DNA of 62,543 bases, counting the filler, from Hausera hauseri (Eukaryota): assembly GCA_046269625.1 (NCBI GenBank). It is 10 parts of 10 records of this genome, joined end to end, with 100 filler letters (N's around TTAATTAATTAA, not from the genome) between each part and the next. Parts side by side here need not be neighbours in the genome. Positions count along the whole stretch, not along the records: positions 10,048 to 14,466 come from JBJURY010591556.1; positions 14,567 to 21,431 come from JBJURY010057107.1; positions 21,532 to 29,583 come from JBJURY010802088.1; 7 more parts are not named here. One strand, given 5' to 3'. Shown here in pieces: positions 11,590 through 23,915 of this stretch (positions are counted from its first letter, which is position 1; each line of letters begins with the position of its first letter). The notes beneath the pieces were generated by a model, which saw only the letters and a list, made by a program, of their open reading frames with translations, had not been told where the DNA came from and did no database searches. The position numbers and the translations under genes were made by a program.

Positions 11590-13380
11590 TTTCTTTTGTA
11601 CTATCTTCTTTTTCCATTGGGCATCGTGATTTGCCAAAAAGCAACTTGCTACTGCAGGTATTACTGCTATCAGAATTTCCCATGAGCAGCCTACTGCTGC
11701 GTGTATTCCATATGCCTTACCAAGCGCATTAAATACTGTTCGTAAGGCGCTAATAATAAAATATATAGCTAGGAAACCAGAAGTTGCTTGACCAAAATAA
11801 AGAATTTTCTCCACATCTTCATAACCTTTCTTGTTACTTTCTTTAAATAATCCTTACCCATTAAATTTTCCCAATGTGGTGGTCCTTCATCATCTCACAT
11901 TACTCTCCTAGTTAGTTCTGTTAGGACTCTTTGTCTCTGTTGGAGAAACAACAACATTGGTCGATAATCTTCTAGATTTTGTGCGTGTAAATTCCTCCTT
12001 GCGATATTTTTGTTAACGGTTCGAATCTCTGATTCCTCTGTAAATTAATCAAGCTTAAAGTCTCTGGTTTAGATACCGGTTCTCTCTTTGGCCTTCTAAT
12101 CCACTTATCGTTATATGTTATAAACATTGGTGACATGTTGAAAGTAAAATTGTATAGTGGAGTGGGCTTGGTATTAACGCCTAACAGTTTTTTCGTTACC
12201 GGCATCACATACCTTGGTTCTGCGTAATAAACCACAGGCAATTCTGTTGTGCATTCGTCCATTGGCCTAGTTGATACTTCTACCTTTTTGCACTATGTGG
12301 TTATCAACACCTCGCTCATCACTCTTCCAATAATTCCACCGCTAAAAGGCATCACTGGCGCTACCATATCTGGATTGGTTATTACCAAGGCCATTTTATT
12401 TCGTATTATTTCATAGTTTAACTTACATTCATTCATTATTATTTCTCGGTATAAACCTCTAATCTCTTTCCTTACATAATTTATTAGGAAATCAAACTTA
12501 TTATCAAAATTTTGTGTTAGCTTTACATCTTTCTTATCTATTTTCGTCTTCGCTGCAGGTATTTCTTTTGATGATAAGAAAATACCCTTAGTTCTCGATA
12601 TTTCTTCACTACACGTATCTACTCCCCTAATCACTTTAAATCCCATCATTTCCTCTGGGTTTTCCGAATATACAATTGTAGCTACCTCCATCATCTTAAA
12701 TTCCTTTGTACCTTCTTTATATGTTGCTGTTTCCTTTTCAGCTGTTTTTCGCACTAACTTGTTAAATTTTCCTTCTTTCAGTAACGTCGGCTGGCACTTA
12801 CTGGCAGCTGTTTCCCATGTCATTTTAGACTCTCCAGTATCGCATTCGCCATTATCATATTTACACTCACTCATGGTTGTCAATAATTTTATCTCTGAGT
12901 CAAATAATCCTTCGTATTCCTTCAATTGGTTTGATAATCTTCTATATTTACTGTTCTAAGTGCAATGGTACTTCCAACGTCGTAATTCATTCCTTTGCAA
13001 ATGCCTTCCATTGTTTTATCTATCCTTCCTGCTCTAAAGATTCTGGTACACTTTATTCTATTTTGTACTGCCGGTATATGCGCATTTTGAATAGTTATTA
13101 TGCCAATCTTAAAAGCGTCCTGACATTCTGCTCGTGATATTATTATAGGTCCAAAAGTGTTGTGGGTTCAAATATGGCCGAATTTCCAGAATAATAAGCA
13201 CAATTAAAAAGGAAAAATGATTTCTTTACGTAACATTCTTCTGGATACTTCTCTAAAACGACCAGGGAATATTTCTGTCCTTCGCTAGGTTTTGAGCAAT
13301 CATAGGTCACTATGCCTGCGGCTTTTGGCATTAATAATGACGTTACCAAGAGAATCTAAAGGATCTCCATTATTGACATA
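11590..13380 (-). pseudogene. env: Chuvirus-like envelope glycoprotein (frameshifted)
   Basis: Signal peptide then IVTYDCSKPSEGQKYSL; ECKYDNGECDTGESKMTWE..CQ; LYREIIMNECKL..NPDMVAP; DECTTELPVVY..VMPVTKKLL; SQGGIYT; membrane region FGQATSGFLAIYFII..AYGIHAAVGCSWEILIAVI. This motif order is characteristic of Chuviridae G proteins. Confidence 0.8.
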
Positions 13381-13494
13381 CCGGTTATGTCTGGTCTAGA
13401 AGTGTTTGACTGAGTTAGAACCGGCGTAGGTATTAATCTTTTTCGTTCCGTTGGTTTTGTTATGTTGGTCATCAGACTAGTTAGCCATCCACCT

Positions 13495-14438
13495 CTACAT
13501 TGAACCCAATTTCCCAGCGTATCTTTCAAAATCTTTACGGATGTCTTTATATTTCGCTCGATTCCTTCCAGATTCTGAGTCTGATGATTGATTACTATTA
13601 TTTTGTATAAAAGGTAGGATATAGCCGTTTGTGCCTTCTCTCGTGTAATGCCTGTTGCGAACATTTTTTTCCAAAACATCTAATTCATGTAATTCATTTA
13701 CTCGTTCTTCATCGAAATTATCATAGAATTGCCTGCTTATTCGCAACATACTATTACGTAATGTTTGAAATAGCTCATCGGGGATTATTACTTTCATGTC
13801 AAAGGAGGCGAATGATGTATGCAGTTTAGCCAATAAAGTTCTTAATAAGGGATCTATATCTACGGATTCAGGTGTAACATTTGTTCCTGCTAATATCAGA
13901 CGTCTTACTATTTTTTCGTTTCTCTCTTTCCTGTTACGAATATCATTTATCTTGTTTCCTCTTGGTCTACCTCTTCTTTTAGCCTCTGTTTGAACCGTAA
14001 CATCTTGCGTGTCACCTACAGGAAGCCTTTCTGCTTCCTGTGGTTCCAATTCCCTTAAAATATTATCAATAGTTGCTTGAGCTCTCGCCTCTGGGTGTAT
14101 TTCGGTTATTACTATTGGATTATAGTTTTCACTTCTGCATCCAATTCTTAGTAGTTTATCATAACTATATAGAATTCTTCCGCAATAATTTAATCCATAA
14201 GAACTTCCTTGGTAGAACGGATCGAACTCTTCTATTTTTTCATGTGAGTTTGTAGGTCATCCATTTCATTAATTCGTACAACTGTCATATCTTGGTTTCC
14301 CTCTCTAACTGTTATCCTGCTAGTTTCGCTTCTTCCTCTTTCATCTTCAGCGGCTTTGGCTAATATTGTCCTGGTTACTTCTCTCACAAGATTGGTATCT
14401 TCAGCCATTAATACCACTTGAGGTAGGATTTCGTTCAT
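13495..14438 (-). pseudogene. Upstream retroelement ORF with ubiquitin-like domain, AT-hook-like motif (KRRGRPRG) and helical region
   Basis: One frameshift in the A-run near 14235 joins RITVREGNQDMTVVRINEMDDLQTHMKK to IEEFDPFYQGSSYGLNYCGRILYSYDKLLRIGCRSENYNPIVIT, which continues in frame into ORF 13495-14049. Confidence 0.6.
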
Positions 14439-14819
14439 TCTTTCTCCTGTTATTTTATTGCTAATTNNNNNNNNNNNNNNNNNNNNNNNNNNNNNNNNNN
14501 NNNNNNNNNNTTAATTAATTAANNNNNNNNNNNNNNNNNNNNNNNNNNNNNNNNNNNNNNNNNNNNGATGTTCATTTAACATGTTCTGTACAATTCAAAA
14601 CAAGCAAACCTCAATAATACGTCATCTCGGTGACCCGACACTTTTCTAAATATACATAATGAATTTCTATATAAATAACCTTTTTTAATCCGTCAGGCAC
14701 TAAGCAAATTCTTTTATTCTGTATTTAATATTGAAAGATTTATTAAGCATCAGACGGAAAGTATTCACAAAAGTAACAAATCAATAAATCAATCTCTTAA
14801 AATTATTATTGTTTAATAA

Positions 14820-15203
14820 ATGGAAGATTTTAATCGAAAAGCATGCTACTCAACTCTTTATGGCAAGAAGCAGATTATTGAATACGCAGTGACCAACATC
14901 AGCCCAACTAAATTTGCAAAACTACTTGGAGATGCACGAACAACCATCAATGAAATTAAAAATGCAATCATGATTGGTAGTGGTCCAAACAAAATGAGGA
15001 TCAACCGGTCTATTATAGAAAGAACTAAAAAGGGTATACTAATATGGATTAATCAAATCAGAAGTAAAAATGTTCTGCATATTGCGCAAATGTCGCAAAC
15101 AATGACAATTGAATCAAACATAAGCTTGTATGATGCAATATCGATAATCGGACACCGAAGTCCCGGTTTGACTGTAGTGTTAATCATTAACAAAGAATTA
15201 TAA
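14820..15203 (+). CDS. Hypothetical protein (127 aa) convergent with the PolB, possibly part of the Polinton-like locus
   Basis: ATG-initiated ORF with no recognisable motif. Confidence 0.35.
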   Translation: MEDFNRKACYSTLYGKKQIIEYAVTNISPTKFAKLLGDARTTINEIKNAIMIGSGPNKMRINRSIIERTKKGILIWINQIRSKNVLHIAQMSQTMTIESNISLYDAISIIGHRSPGLTVVLIINKEL

Positions 15204-15491
15204 TTATTTAATGTATCTTATGCAGAGACACCGATGAAAATAATCAATGCTCAACTATTTAAAAGCACTAAAACAAAGCACCTATCGAAAAAAGAAACAT
15301 GATATTGTATCAGACTCATATTAAGTAAAATATATAAATGTATATTGATAAATTAAATGATAATAGAACAAAAGGCAAAAACAACGAACAATATACATTA
15401 TTTATACAAAACACAGATCACAATGAATTGTCACAGTAAATGGGTCACTTGGATCTGCTTATATCATCATCACCGGATTCATGTGTATGTT

Positions 15492-18400
15492 TTATACCAA
15501 AAGCCAATGTCCGTACGCCCGACTCTTATTCCGCCCCACCCACTTACGCTTATCATCATTGCATGATAAAGCGACTTTTGTATTGGTCACGGTATATATC
15601 TCGTGCTTAATGGATCGGATGATCGTTTGAGACACTACAGCCTTTGATTGTCCTTCCGCTCTACCGTCTTTTTCTCCTCCTTCATAAATACGGCGATAAT
15701 CACCGTGGTTTATTTCCGTCTGGGCCAACTGAACTCTTTTTGCTCGCATTTTCGGTCCACAGTCAGTTAAAAGGCTGTAACATTTTGGCCGTAGAAATAC
15801 CCATTCTCGATACTGAACCCGACCTTTACTTTCATCTTATAAGCCACCAATTTTGTTTGTGATAGCGTTGCTGTACAATGGATGATTGTGTGGGTAATTG
15901 GACGCGTTCAGTAATGCGTCTGCCATCATTTGCCGCAGTAGTTGTTCGCGATTGACGTTTTCCATTTCCAAGAAAAAACGGTGGCACTGGCTATTATATT
16001 GATTCTGCATCCGCTGCCGAACATTTGCCGGTATCGTACCAGCTCATACATCTGCAACTTGCTCAGATCCAATACCACGTGTCCTATATAACTAGGCCGG
16101 TGCAGTACGACTTCTTCCCTGTTTAAAAGCACGGCAAGCAATCCATGGGCAATATGCATTGATCGTCTGAACTGCGCCTTTTTCGTGTACGTTACTAACC
16201 GCCTTTTGCTATTGCATAGGCGTACATTTAGTCGCTTTTTCAGATTCTCTACTGTTTTACCGTATAGTTAATCGTTTTCAGTTTGTAATAGCCTTTTTCA
16301 AACTTCATACAAGCTGCGGTTCGTTTTTCCGAATTCCAACTGATATACGGCTTGAATATCGGAGCCTGTGCGAATCGGATTGCGCGATGCAGTTGTGACG
16401 CTTACACAAATCTGCATGTAAAATTGCAATAGCCGCCAATAAACTATGTAATTTGGCTTAGATTTATGCGTCATAAGCAGCTTCTTCACATTCGAACCCG
16501 GTGGACATTGACTGATTAGTGCGACCGACAGTTCATCCAGAAAGGCATGCAGCTCATCTGGTACCACGAGATCGACTTCCATCAGATATCCGATTTAGCC
16601 GTTTTCTGTTTTGTCGGCTCTCGGCAGATTTCCCAGTATTGCGTCCAGGTCCTGTTTGTCGATTATCCAATCGAATGAACCGTACGGCAAGGGTTGTGAA
16701 AGCGCCCGGTCGTATAGATTGTTAATGTCGATATTCAACAATGATGTAGTATCATCACTGGCTACGTGATGCTTGTTGACAAATGTCAAGCTGTCACGAA
16801 TGCCAAAATCAAATATTCGGTACATTTCCGAGTCTTGCAATAGCTCGATATCCCGATCTAGTGACATCAGAGCTGATGCCCAATTCATTCCGGATATTGA
16901 GTAAAAGTTGAGTGACTCCAGTCTATTTTCTGCCAACGCTTTAGCTTGAAATGTCTGAAACATCGCTTAACAGGTACACATCCAATTTCAGATAGTGAAG
17001 CATGTACTCCAACAGGTTTCTGCAGCCGAGCTCTGTCCAAAACGACTGTGCTCTGTGATATTCTTCTTCTGTGATACCGGGCCATTGCGGTGGTAATTCG
17101 TCCGTCGTCTGGAGCCGCTCGTACGATATCGCAAAGTCATACGGGAATATGCCTTTGCTACCCGAAATATGTACAGGGAACTGTGCCATTGTTAGCGTCA
17201 CATCTGGTAAGGCGTTTACCAGCTTTGCCAGAGATTCATTGAGAAATTGAAATGAATCGAGGAAGCGTACCTGGAACCAGTTTATACGAGCAGACAGTGA
17301 CAGGTATTTCTCCATCGTAGTCGGAATTACGAATAGTTATCAGTGCGGAAATCCGTTTATTGCTCATTTTAAAATATGGTGACAATCATAATCCCTGAAG
17401 TTATGAAATACCACCAGTAGGCATGGCCGGACACGCCTTGCCAAATTGCATGAATTACATGTGGCTCCGAGATATCGACCGGTAAAATGATCGTGATCCG
17501 GTACGAGTCGTTCCTCTGCATCGAACGATAATATTTTGTGGAACAGGTAATATTCATCGGTGGCTGCAAAGATCAACGGTTCATATTTGTCAGTCCACAT
17601 CAAGGGTTTATTACTATTTCTATTGTATCAGGGTACGATTTCCGTTTCTACTATTGTTTTTAACTGATGCAGGAAATCACGGATACAGTTCCAACCGTGG
17701 AAAGCGTAATACTGCGGTTGACCAGTGGCTTTTATTGGGGTCCTCGAACATACCGACAGACACTGGAACGTGCCGGACTGTCGAATTTTGACCAGTCACT
17801 GATTCTCAGTTACTTTTCGATTGACATGACGTACATTGTGGTTCCCGAGGAATTTCGTTTGCATAGGGTCACGTGTTTCTCCCATATTGTTTCTGATCTG
17901 AATCCGTGCAGACATACGGGACACCATTTACATTGTACACGATTTTTTATGAACTCGTCATGTTGCATGTTCAACAGTCTATCCAAATTTGTCACGGCCG
18001 CGTAATGGAATTTTTCCTTTTGCTCCATTAACAAGAAATTTACTGAACGGCCATTTGGATCCCGACTGTTATAAATTATATCCACATGAGGATTTTTGTA
18101 AATTTCATCCTCCGGTATTTCTATTATTGTGTTGTACCGGAAAACGTTGATTGCCAGTGTCGGATTATTCCATTCAAATGTCGAAATGGATTTCAGTTTC
18201 ATCGGCATCGAGCATCCATCGTAATTTAATTCGGAAAAATAATTCTGATACTGTTTTGGACTATATGTACTATGTCTGTCCACTTGGTCATGATTCAATA
18301 GATGCAGAATACTGTAAAGAAAACAGTATTCATCGTTAGTATTTTTTACATTCACTACCACCAAAGACTGCTTCAGAGCTGCAGGTGTCGGTATGAATGA

Positions 18401-18650
18401 TCGTCCAGACAAATATATTATGTCACTCGACTTTGTTATGATAAAGCCCATGGTGACAATTCGGATAATTCGTCATCCACTACTCTTTTCCGTGTAGTTG
18501 GCGATTTTCTCGAGCTTTTCGCTTACATCGGCATTAAAATCTTCGGCGTATGGTACAGCTCGATGTGACAGATACCATTGTTTCCTGTCACCTTCCAAAT
18601 TTTAGAATTCTTCAAGTACATAATATTGCACTATGAAGTGATGTTAGAAT
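15492..18650 (-). pseudogene. polB: Protein-primed family B DNA polymerase (Polinton/Maverick/adintovirus type) with endonuclease VII-like domain, copy 1, decayed
   Basis: NVKNTNDEYCFLYSIL; CPVCLHGF..WEKHVTLC; DHDHFTGRYLGATCNSCNL (Endo VII HNH); FHNFRDYDCH (ExoII); RFLDSFQFLNESLAKLV; KGIFPYD; YLKLDVYLLSD (ExoIII); IDINNLY (motif A); RAKRV..ALSCNDDKR..SRAYGHW C-terminus. Many frameshifts. Confidence 0.92.
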
Positions 18651-18889
18651 TTTTCGAATTCTGATTCCTACCGGTTGCAGACATTTTGCGCAACATGTCT
18701 CAATTGCATTGCTGTTTTCGCCGAAATTCACTTTTATGTCCACGTACGATCTGTTCATATCGTACTTGCCTGTAATATTGGGAATATTGGTTTCCTGTTG
18801 CTCCTGTTCTTGTTGTTGTTGATGATGCTGTTCCTTCTGCTCCTATTTTTGCTTCTGATATTGCTGCTCGGTACTGTTTCTGATTAAGT

Positions 18890-19368
18890 CGTCAAGACTT
18901 GTTGACGCCTGACGTTTCCTACTGGTTGTTCAGGGATGCTGATTTTAGTTGAATTTTTAATTAGTTGTTTTTTCGACTGCTTAGACTGGTTTAAGTGGTC
19001 CTTGTACAGATTATAAAATTGTTCATAGTTGTTTTCAGCAACTATTGAACAACCGGGGCAAACCTAGACCCGTTTACTGTGCACGTTGTGGTGTCATAGT
19101 ACTGCTCCATTGTACTGTGACAACCACTAACGTTGTGCACTTTATTATTGCAGTAGTGTGTGTATGTGGGAAAATGCTCAATCATCATCTTAGTCCGAGC
19201 AAACGGTCCGAAATAATGCTTGTGTACATCACAAAAGTCGGCGTACGGGCCTTGAGAAGAAACATCACACGTTGGACACACATACGCGTCCTTTTCTCCT
19301 GCGTTGTAATATTTCTCCATCTGTTGATAGCACTGATCCTCCACATGTATGCGAGAGACGCAGTACAT
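18890..19368 (-). pseudogene. Cys/His-rich ORF upstream of PolB (possibly the N-terminus of the PolB polyprotein), copy 1
   Basis: MYCVSRIHVEDQCYQQMEKYY..CPTC..HKHYFGPFARTKMM; near-identical start in the homolog at 28245-28766. Confidence 0.55.
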
Positions 19369-19492
19369 GGGATAAATGGAAATAAATTAAATAACATTGA
19401 AATGGATTAAAATGATAAATAAACTATGTGATAATTTTCCTTATTGGGTTCTAATCATTTATTCCACATACTAGTACTACTACTACAGATCA

Positions 19493-19747
19493 AATGGAAC
19501 AGTACATTGAAAGTGAGATTCAGAAATTGACCGCTGACATAATATCTGGGCATGTGTTTGATGTAGTTTTTATGCGAACTGATATAAACAAGAATAATGA
19601 GCAGGCGAGAATATATTGAATTGAAAGTCAGATCTCTTCGTGGATCAAGTGAGGCGAAAAGGACAACGACGTATTAATTTCCTCATTGGACTTGTATATA
19701 CTGTTTCGCTTTGTATTGTAATGAAAAAGTTGATTGGCCGTATTTAA
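19493..19747 (+). pseudogene. Small ORF with C-terminal hydrophobic segment (Polinton-like locus), copy 1
   Basis: MEQYIESEIQKLT...RRINFLIGLVYTVSLCIVMKKLIGRI*, with frameshifts; homolog at 28949-29218. Confidence 0.5.
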
Positions 19748-19827
19748 TCACACATTTGTACATATTATGTTTCGTTTGTTTTCGTGAATCAATGTAATTT
19801 ATTTCGCGTGTCTTTGTTGTTACATTT

Positions 19828-19838
19828 CAGTATAAATA
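19828..19838 (+). promoter_or_regulatory. Conserved TATA box (CAGTATAAATA) upstream of ORF 19870
   Basis: The same CAGTATAAATA occurs at 29304-29314. The TATA lies 36-39 nt before the homologous ATGs. AGTATAAATA also precedes the dUTPase (22271-22280). Confidence 0.5.
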
Positions 19839-19869
19839 CTTGTACTTAGTTACGGCATGACATTACGAC

Positions 19870-20244
19870 ATGTCTTATTTATCAGAACTCATTCGTTTGT
19901 ACCACTCCTTCGATGGTATCCGGAGTCACCTTAACAATCTTGATCAACCCTTACATGATGTGCGATACTGTTCACCCGAAGAGATACTTGTGCGGGTTGA
20001 GGAGAATTTGAGGGTACGGGAACCTTATCTGCGACATACGAAGCAAGTTGTTAGTGACATTGCACGCTATTCGACCAGATTTTTCGCACTTATCAGAAAT
20101 TGACGGATTACTATGCGTTCGATGGCAGTCCACGTCAAATACGGTTTGTGGAAGATTTTGTCAAATGTGATGAGATTGGTGATTACATTCCAACGTGACA
20201 GTCAGCACATCAGATTGGTTTCAAGTAACATTGCAACGTACTAA
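19870..20244 (+). pseudogene. Hypothetical protein of the Polinton-like locus, copy 1
   Basis: MSYLSELIRLYHSFDGIRSHLNNLDQPL..SPEEIL is homologous to MSHLIQLIGLYHSFDALRNHLYNLDRPL..SPKELL at 29343. Confidence 0.55.
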
Positions 20245-21717
20245 TTCCGATGGATTCGTTCATTCTTCTGCTGAATTGGTTATTGCATGTAGTTTGTGTG
20301 GTGGTGATCCTAATTTTGTATTAAACTCAGATTTAGTTGTACCACATAAATGGAAAATTAAAGTTTGATATGGACTTGATTGTCCTTCTGTATTTCAAAC
20401 AACATTATACTACTAAAGATATAGTCGTTTTGGCTATTTTAATAAACAACAACAACAACAGCAACAAAAGTGATCTTGGTAAAGTTACATAAAAATAGCT
20501 GATAAGCAATAATGCTACGACACACACGCACACCGAGAGAGGGCCGATTGTCCTGATGTATCAGAGAATATTTAATCGGTACATCTTCGCAATACCACCT
20601 TTACCAATCTTTAATGGTAGATGTCGATTTATCAAAGTGTCTATACACATGACTGATACGAAAAACAGTTACATAAAATATTATATTATTGTGAACAATA
20701 TGAATAATAAAATATAAAATAAATGTGAAAAAGAATTATTAATAAGAAAATATGTAAAACTACAATGTTTATAATTATGTAATAAGTAAACTTACATTGT
20801 TATTGGCCATTGATCGAAATGCAAATAACTTAGAATCTATCTATTAAGTACATATATATCATTGTGTGTGTTGTAAAACATCATATCATTGTCTGACCAT
20901 TCATTTCGTCGATTAACTTTATTATTGGTGTGTGCATGCAACCTAGTGTGTTACTAATCTCTGTCACGTTATGTGAAATTCCGTTGCGATAAGTTATCGG
21001 TTTTGTATGCAAAAAACAAAACTTGACTTTTACAATAATGATGATGATTATTTTCAACGATGTTTTTTACCGACTTACAATCGTCTGATCGCGAGGCGGC
21101 TATAATATGAAATGCTCAACTATCGATGGGCTACGTGCTCAACCAATTTAATCACCGCCTGTCTTGTGCAAGGGGAAATTTTGCCAGTTTGACATTTTCC
21201 CATCGGCTTTTCCCCATGTTCCCATGGTTAGACAACGTTGCAACCGTGTCCATTGGATTCCCCAACATAGATTTACTCCTTGTACACATTTTCTGAGTTC
21301 TAGCAACATGTTTCCCGTTATACGTAACACATTTCCTGTTTTGCTTCTTCCTCTCCTAGCGCCTCTTCCTTACATTTTAGGTACACCCCACCTATATTAA
21401 CTGTTGCTCACCTCTTCATGCGCTATCGATANNNNNNNNNNNNNNNNNNNNNNNNNNNNNNNNNNNNNNNNNNNNTTAATTAATTAANNNNNNNNNNNNN
21501 NNNNNNNNNNNNNNNNNNNNNNNNNNNNNNNTGATAAAACGATTCTACTCAATAGTGATGGTGGTTATGAGAATGATAAAAGTTCAGATTGGTCGTGATG
21601 GTTTGGATACATAAACGACAATTCTAATGTCAAATTTCTGGAAACAAAAACAGAACCTGTCCAACAATTAGAAAAACCTTCTAATGAAGATTGTCTGCAG
21701 GGTGATTATGATGTCGA

Positions 21718-22228
21718 TTGTCTGAAAACGAAAAAGGAACTTGCTCAGAAATCATCATCAAAACCGACGTTAAAAGGCAAAATGCACTAATTGGAATACG
21801 TAAACGAAAATCTAAACCGTCTCGCCAAACACAAGCAATTTTACCAAAACGAATTTTTCGCAAGTATGAAATGCATTTTCTGCAAACGTCCTTACTGATT
21901 TCATTGAATGATCCCGTGTTTCTATGTGCACCAAAGTACAGCTATCGTGTAAAACGGCTTTCTGTTGAAAATTTAGATAAACTTTGTGATGCTCTGCGTC
22001 AATTAAAAATGGATTTAGAGTTGAACGAAACGACCGTGAGACAGCAATCTGGTATTTTACCGGCTTAGAAAACAAAATTGTTTGATTTTATCGGTCGAAA
22101 AATTTCTCATGTACCCGATGATGATTTAAATTGTCGAATGAGCATTGAATTGCAAGGATACAATGAAGAAGCGGATATCAAAAGCCCGAATTGGCGTGTA
22201 GCTGAAGCACATTTTAATTATCAATAAA
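21718..22228 (+). pseudogene. Hypothetical basic protein of the Polinton-like locus
   Basis: Open frame interrupted by a TAG at 22066-22068 and continuing in frame; contains KRKSK (NLS-like). Function unknown. Confidence 0.3.
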
Positions 22229-22317
22229 TTTTGTTCTACCGTTCTTCTTCTTTCATTAACACAATTAAAGAGTATAAATATAAGTGTAATTTTAATACTG
22301 TTATAGGAATAAGAATA

Positions 22318-22770
22318 ATGATAATAAATGATGCAAAGATTATCTTAGCAGACGAAAAAGCCTTTGTACCGAGACGTTTTACAGAAAAAAGTGCAGGCTA
22401 CGTGTTTTCCAATGTCAGTACGACAATTACGAACAGCACAATCAAATGCATAACGACTGGGATTTGATTGGCGATTTAATCCGGTTACTAACGGCCAACT
22501 TTTATCGAAAAGCGGACTGGCAAAACTCGGACTGATGGTTTTGGGCGGTGTCACTGATTCGGACTTTCGTGGTGAAATTAAGGTGTTGCTAGAAAACCAA
22601 TCCAGACTATTGTATGATATTGCGAAAGGCAATGCAATAGCACAAATTGTCTTTCTTTGTTGTGAAGAGGCGAAATTCAGTGTAATGTCACCGGAACAAT
22701 GAGGATTGTTTTGTGTCAATGAAGCAATACGAAATGAACGCAAAGAATTTGGCTTTGGTGATATGAAAAA
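22318..22770 (+). pseudogene. dut: dUTPase (trimeric type), with internal stops
   Basis: Motifs SAGY, SKSGLA, GGVTDSDFRGEIKVLL, AIAQIVF and RKEFGFG correspond to dUTPase motifs 1-5. Confidence 0.9.
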
Positions 22771-22863
22771 AAAAACACCTATGTTTAGTGTTTGTGATGA
22801 TGATAATAATAGTTAGTTGTTTTTTGTGTTGTAAACAAAAAATAATTTTGTAAATGATAAGTA

Positions 22864-23311
22864 ATGGAGAGAGGATTTATAGATATTGAAGCTTTCCAAG
22901 ATGATAATGCCCGATACATAATAAAAGAATTATGCATTATGGACGTTGCTGTTGTGTGGAATGACCTGACGGGAAAGGTGAAATCTACAAACGGATTTCT
23001 CTTTCGACATTGTCATGGACTTAATTGGTATGAAGGTAATTCAATTTTCTGTGTGGCGTGTATCATGCGAGACATTTTTGATCGGTTTGACAATGAAAAT
23101 ACAATATTTTACATTAAAGTTCAAATTGACGGAAAAGCTTACACAACTCCATTCACAGTTTCCCGAGTTGAGAGTGACGACGTATTCAACATCGTACAGT
23201 TCTCTGGCGATAGTACCTGACAATATTAGATGTCCGTATCGTGATCATAAACCGCATTGTACTTACAAAAATTGTCTACGGCTTTTTATTGACTATAATT
23301 CATGCAAATAA
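22864..23311 (+). pseudogene. Small DEDD-like (DnaQ-fold) protein of the type found in Polinton/adintovirus-like elements, one frameshift
   Basis: FIDIEAFQD..YIIKELCIMD...TNGFLFRHCHGLNWYEG, then a C-terminal CPYRDHKPHCTYKNC. Confidence 0.55.
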
Positions 23312-23441
23312 ATAAATGTATTTCTTTGTTTATTTTTTTTCTTTCCGCAAATAAAGTCCGTGACATGTTTAGCCGTATTGGTCAGTTGAATAGTTCAAAA
23401 ACTACAAATACGGGTAGGAAATAATAACAATAATAATAACC

Positions 23442-23915
23442 ATGGAAATAGTTAATCAATTGAAGCAATTGCAAAATTTTGATGGATTATCAATTTCAGA
23501 CTTGGTGCGATGATGACAAGAACTTGATAGTGATTTGGTTGCAAAAGCAGCATGTGATTTTGGATGTAAAGAAGATTTAGCGTCAATAACATTGATGACT
23601 GCAACAGATTGTAGCTCTATAGAAATTCTAATTATTGTGTTAAATCAAATGTACATTCACCGATTGTATGATACAAATTACTTTAAGACTGTTGAAAAGG
23701 TACGCGGTGAATTAAGGAACTTGAAAGAGATAATAATGGACAAGGTACGAGACTGTCAGTTTATGTGTGCACTATTTAAACAAAGAAAAGTGGGTACGGT
23801 ATTCTTAATGTGCGGCCATCTCGTTGTTTGTTAAATGTGTTCCACCAAAGTAACCCACTAATGTCCAAAATGTAAATGTGCTATAATGGAAAGTGTACAC
23901 ATTTATTACGAATGA
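23442..23915 (+). pseudogene. IAP/MDM2-type C3HC4 RING protein (no BIR seen)
   Basis: Coiled region then CALFKQRKVGTVFLMCGHLVVC*MCSTKVTH*CPKCKCAIMESVHIYYE*, the pattern of IAP C-terminal RINGs. Confidence 0.75.

Larger units (their letters stand above)
10048..14466 (-). mobile_element. Decayed Ty3/Gypsy LTR-retroelement fragment (copy C): UBL ORF, chuvirus-like glycoprotein, protease, RT
   Basis: Collinear minus-strand fragments homologous to the element at 44459-51464. Confidence 0.88.

Noticed and set aside
19668-19760. Highly conserved block shared with 29139-29228 as a non-coding RNA or origin
   Set aside because: It translates as the hydrophobic C-terminus (RRINFLIGLVYTVSLCIVMKKLIGRI*) of the small upstream ORF; coding constraint explains it.
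20445-20467. (AAC)n microsatellite
   Set aside because: Short ordinary simple repeat with no further structure.
21148-21431. RG-rich stretch with Cys/His on the minus strand, perhaps a gag nucleocapsid remnant
   Set aside because: Too degenerate and truncated by the contig end; no intact CCHC knuckle.
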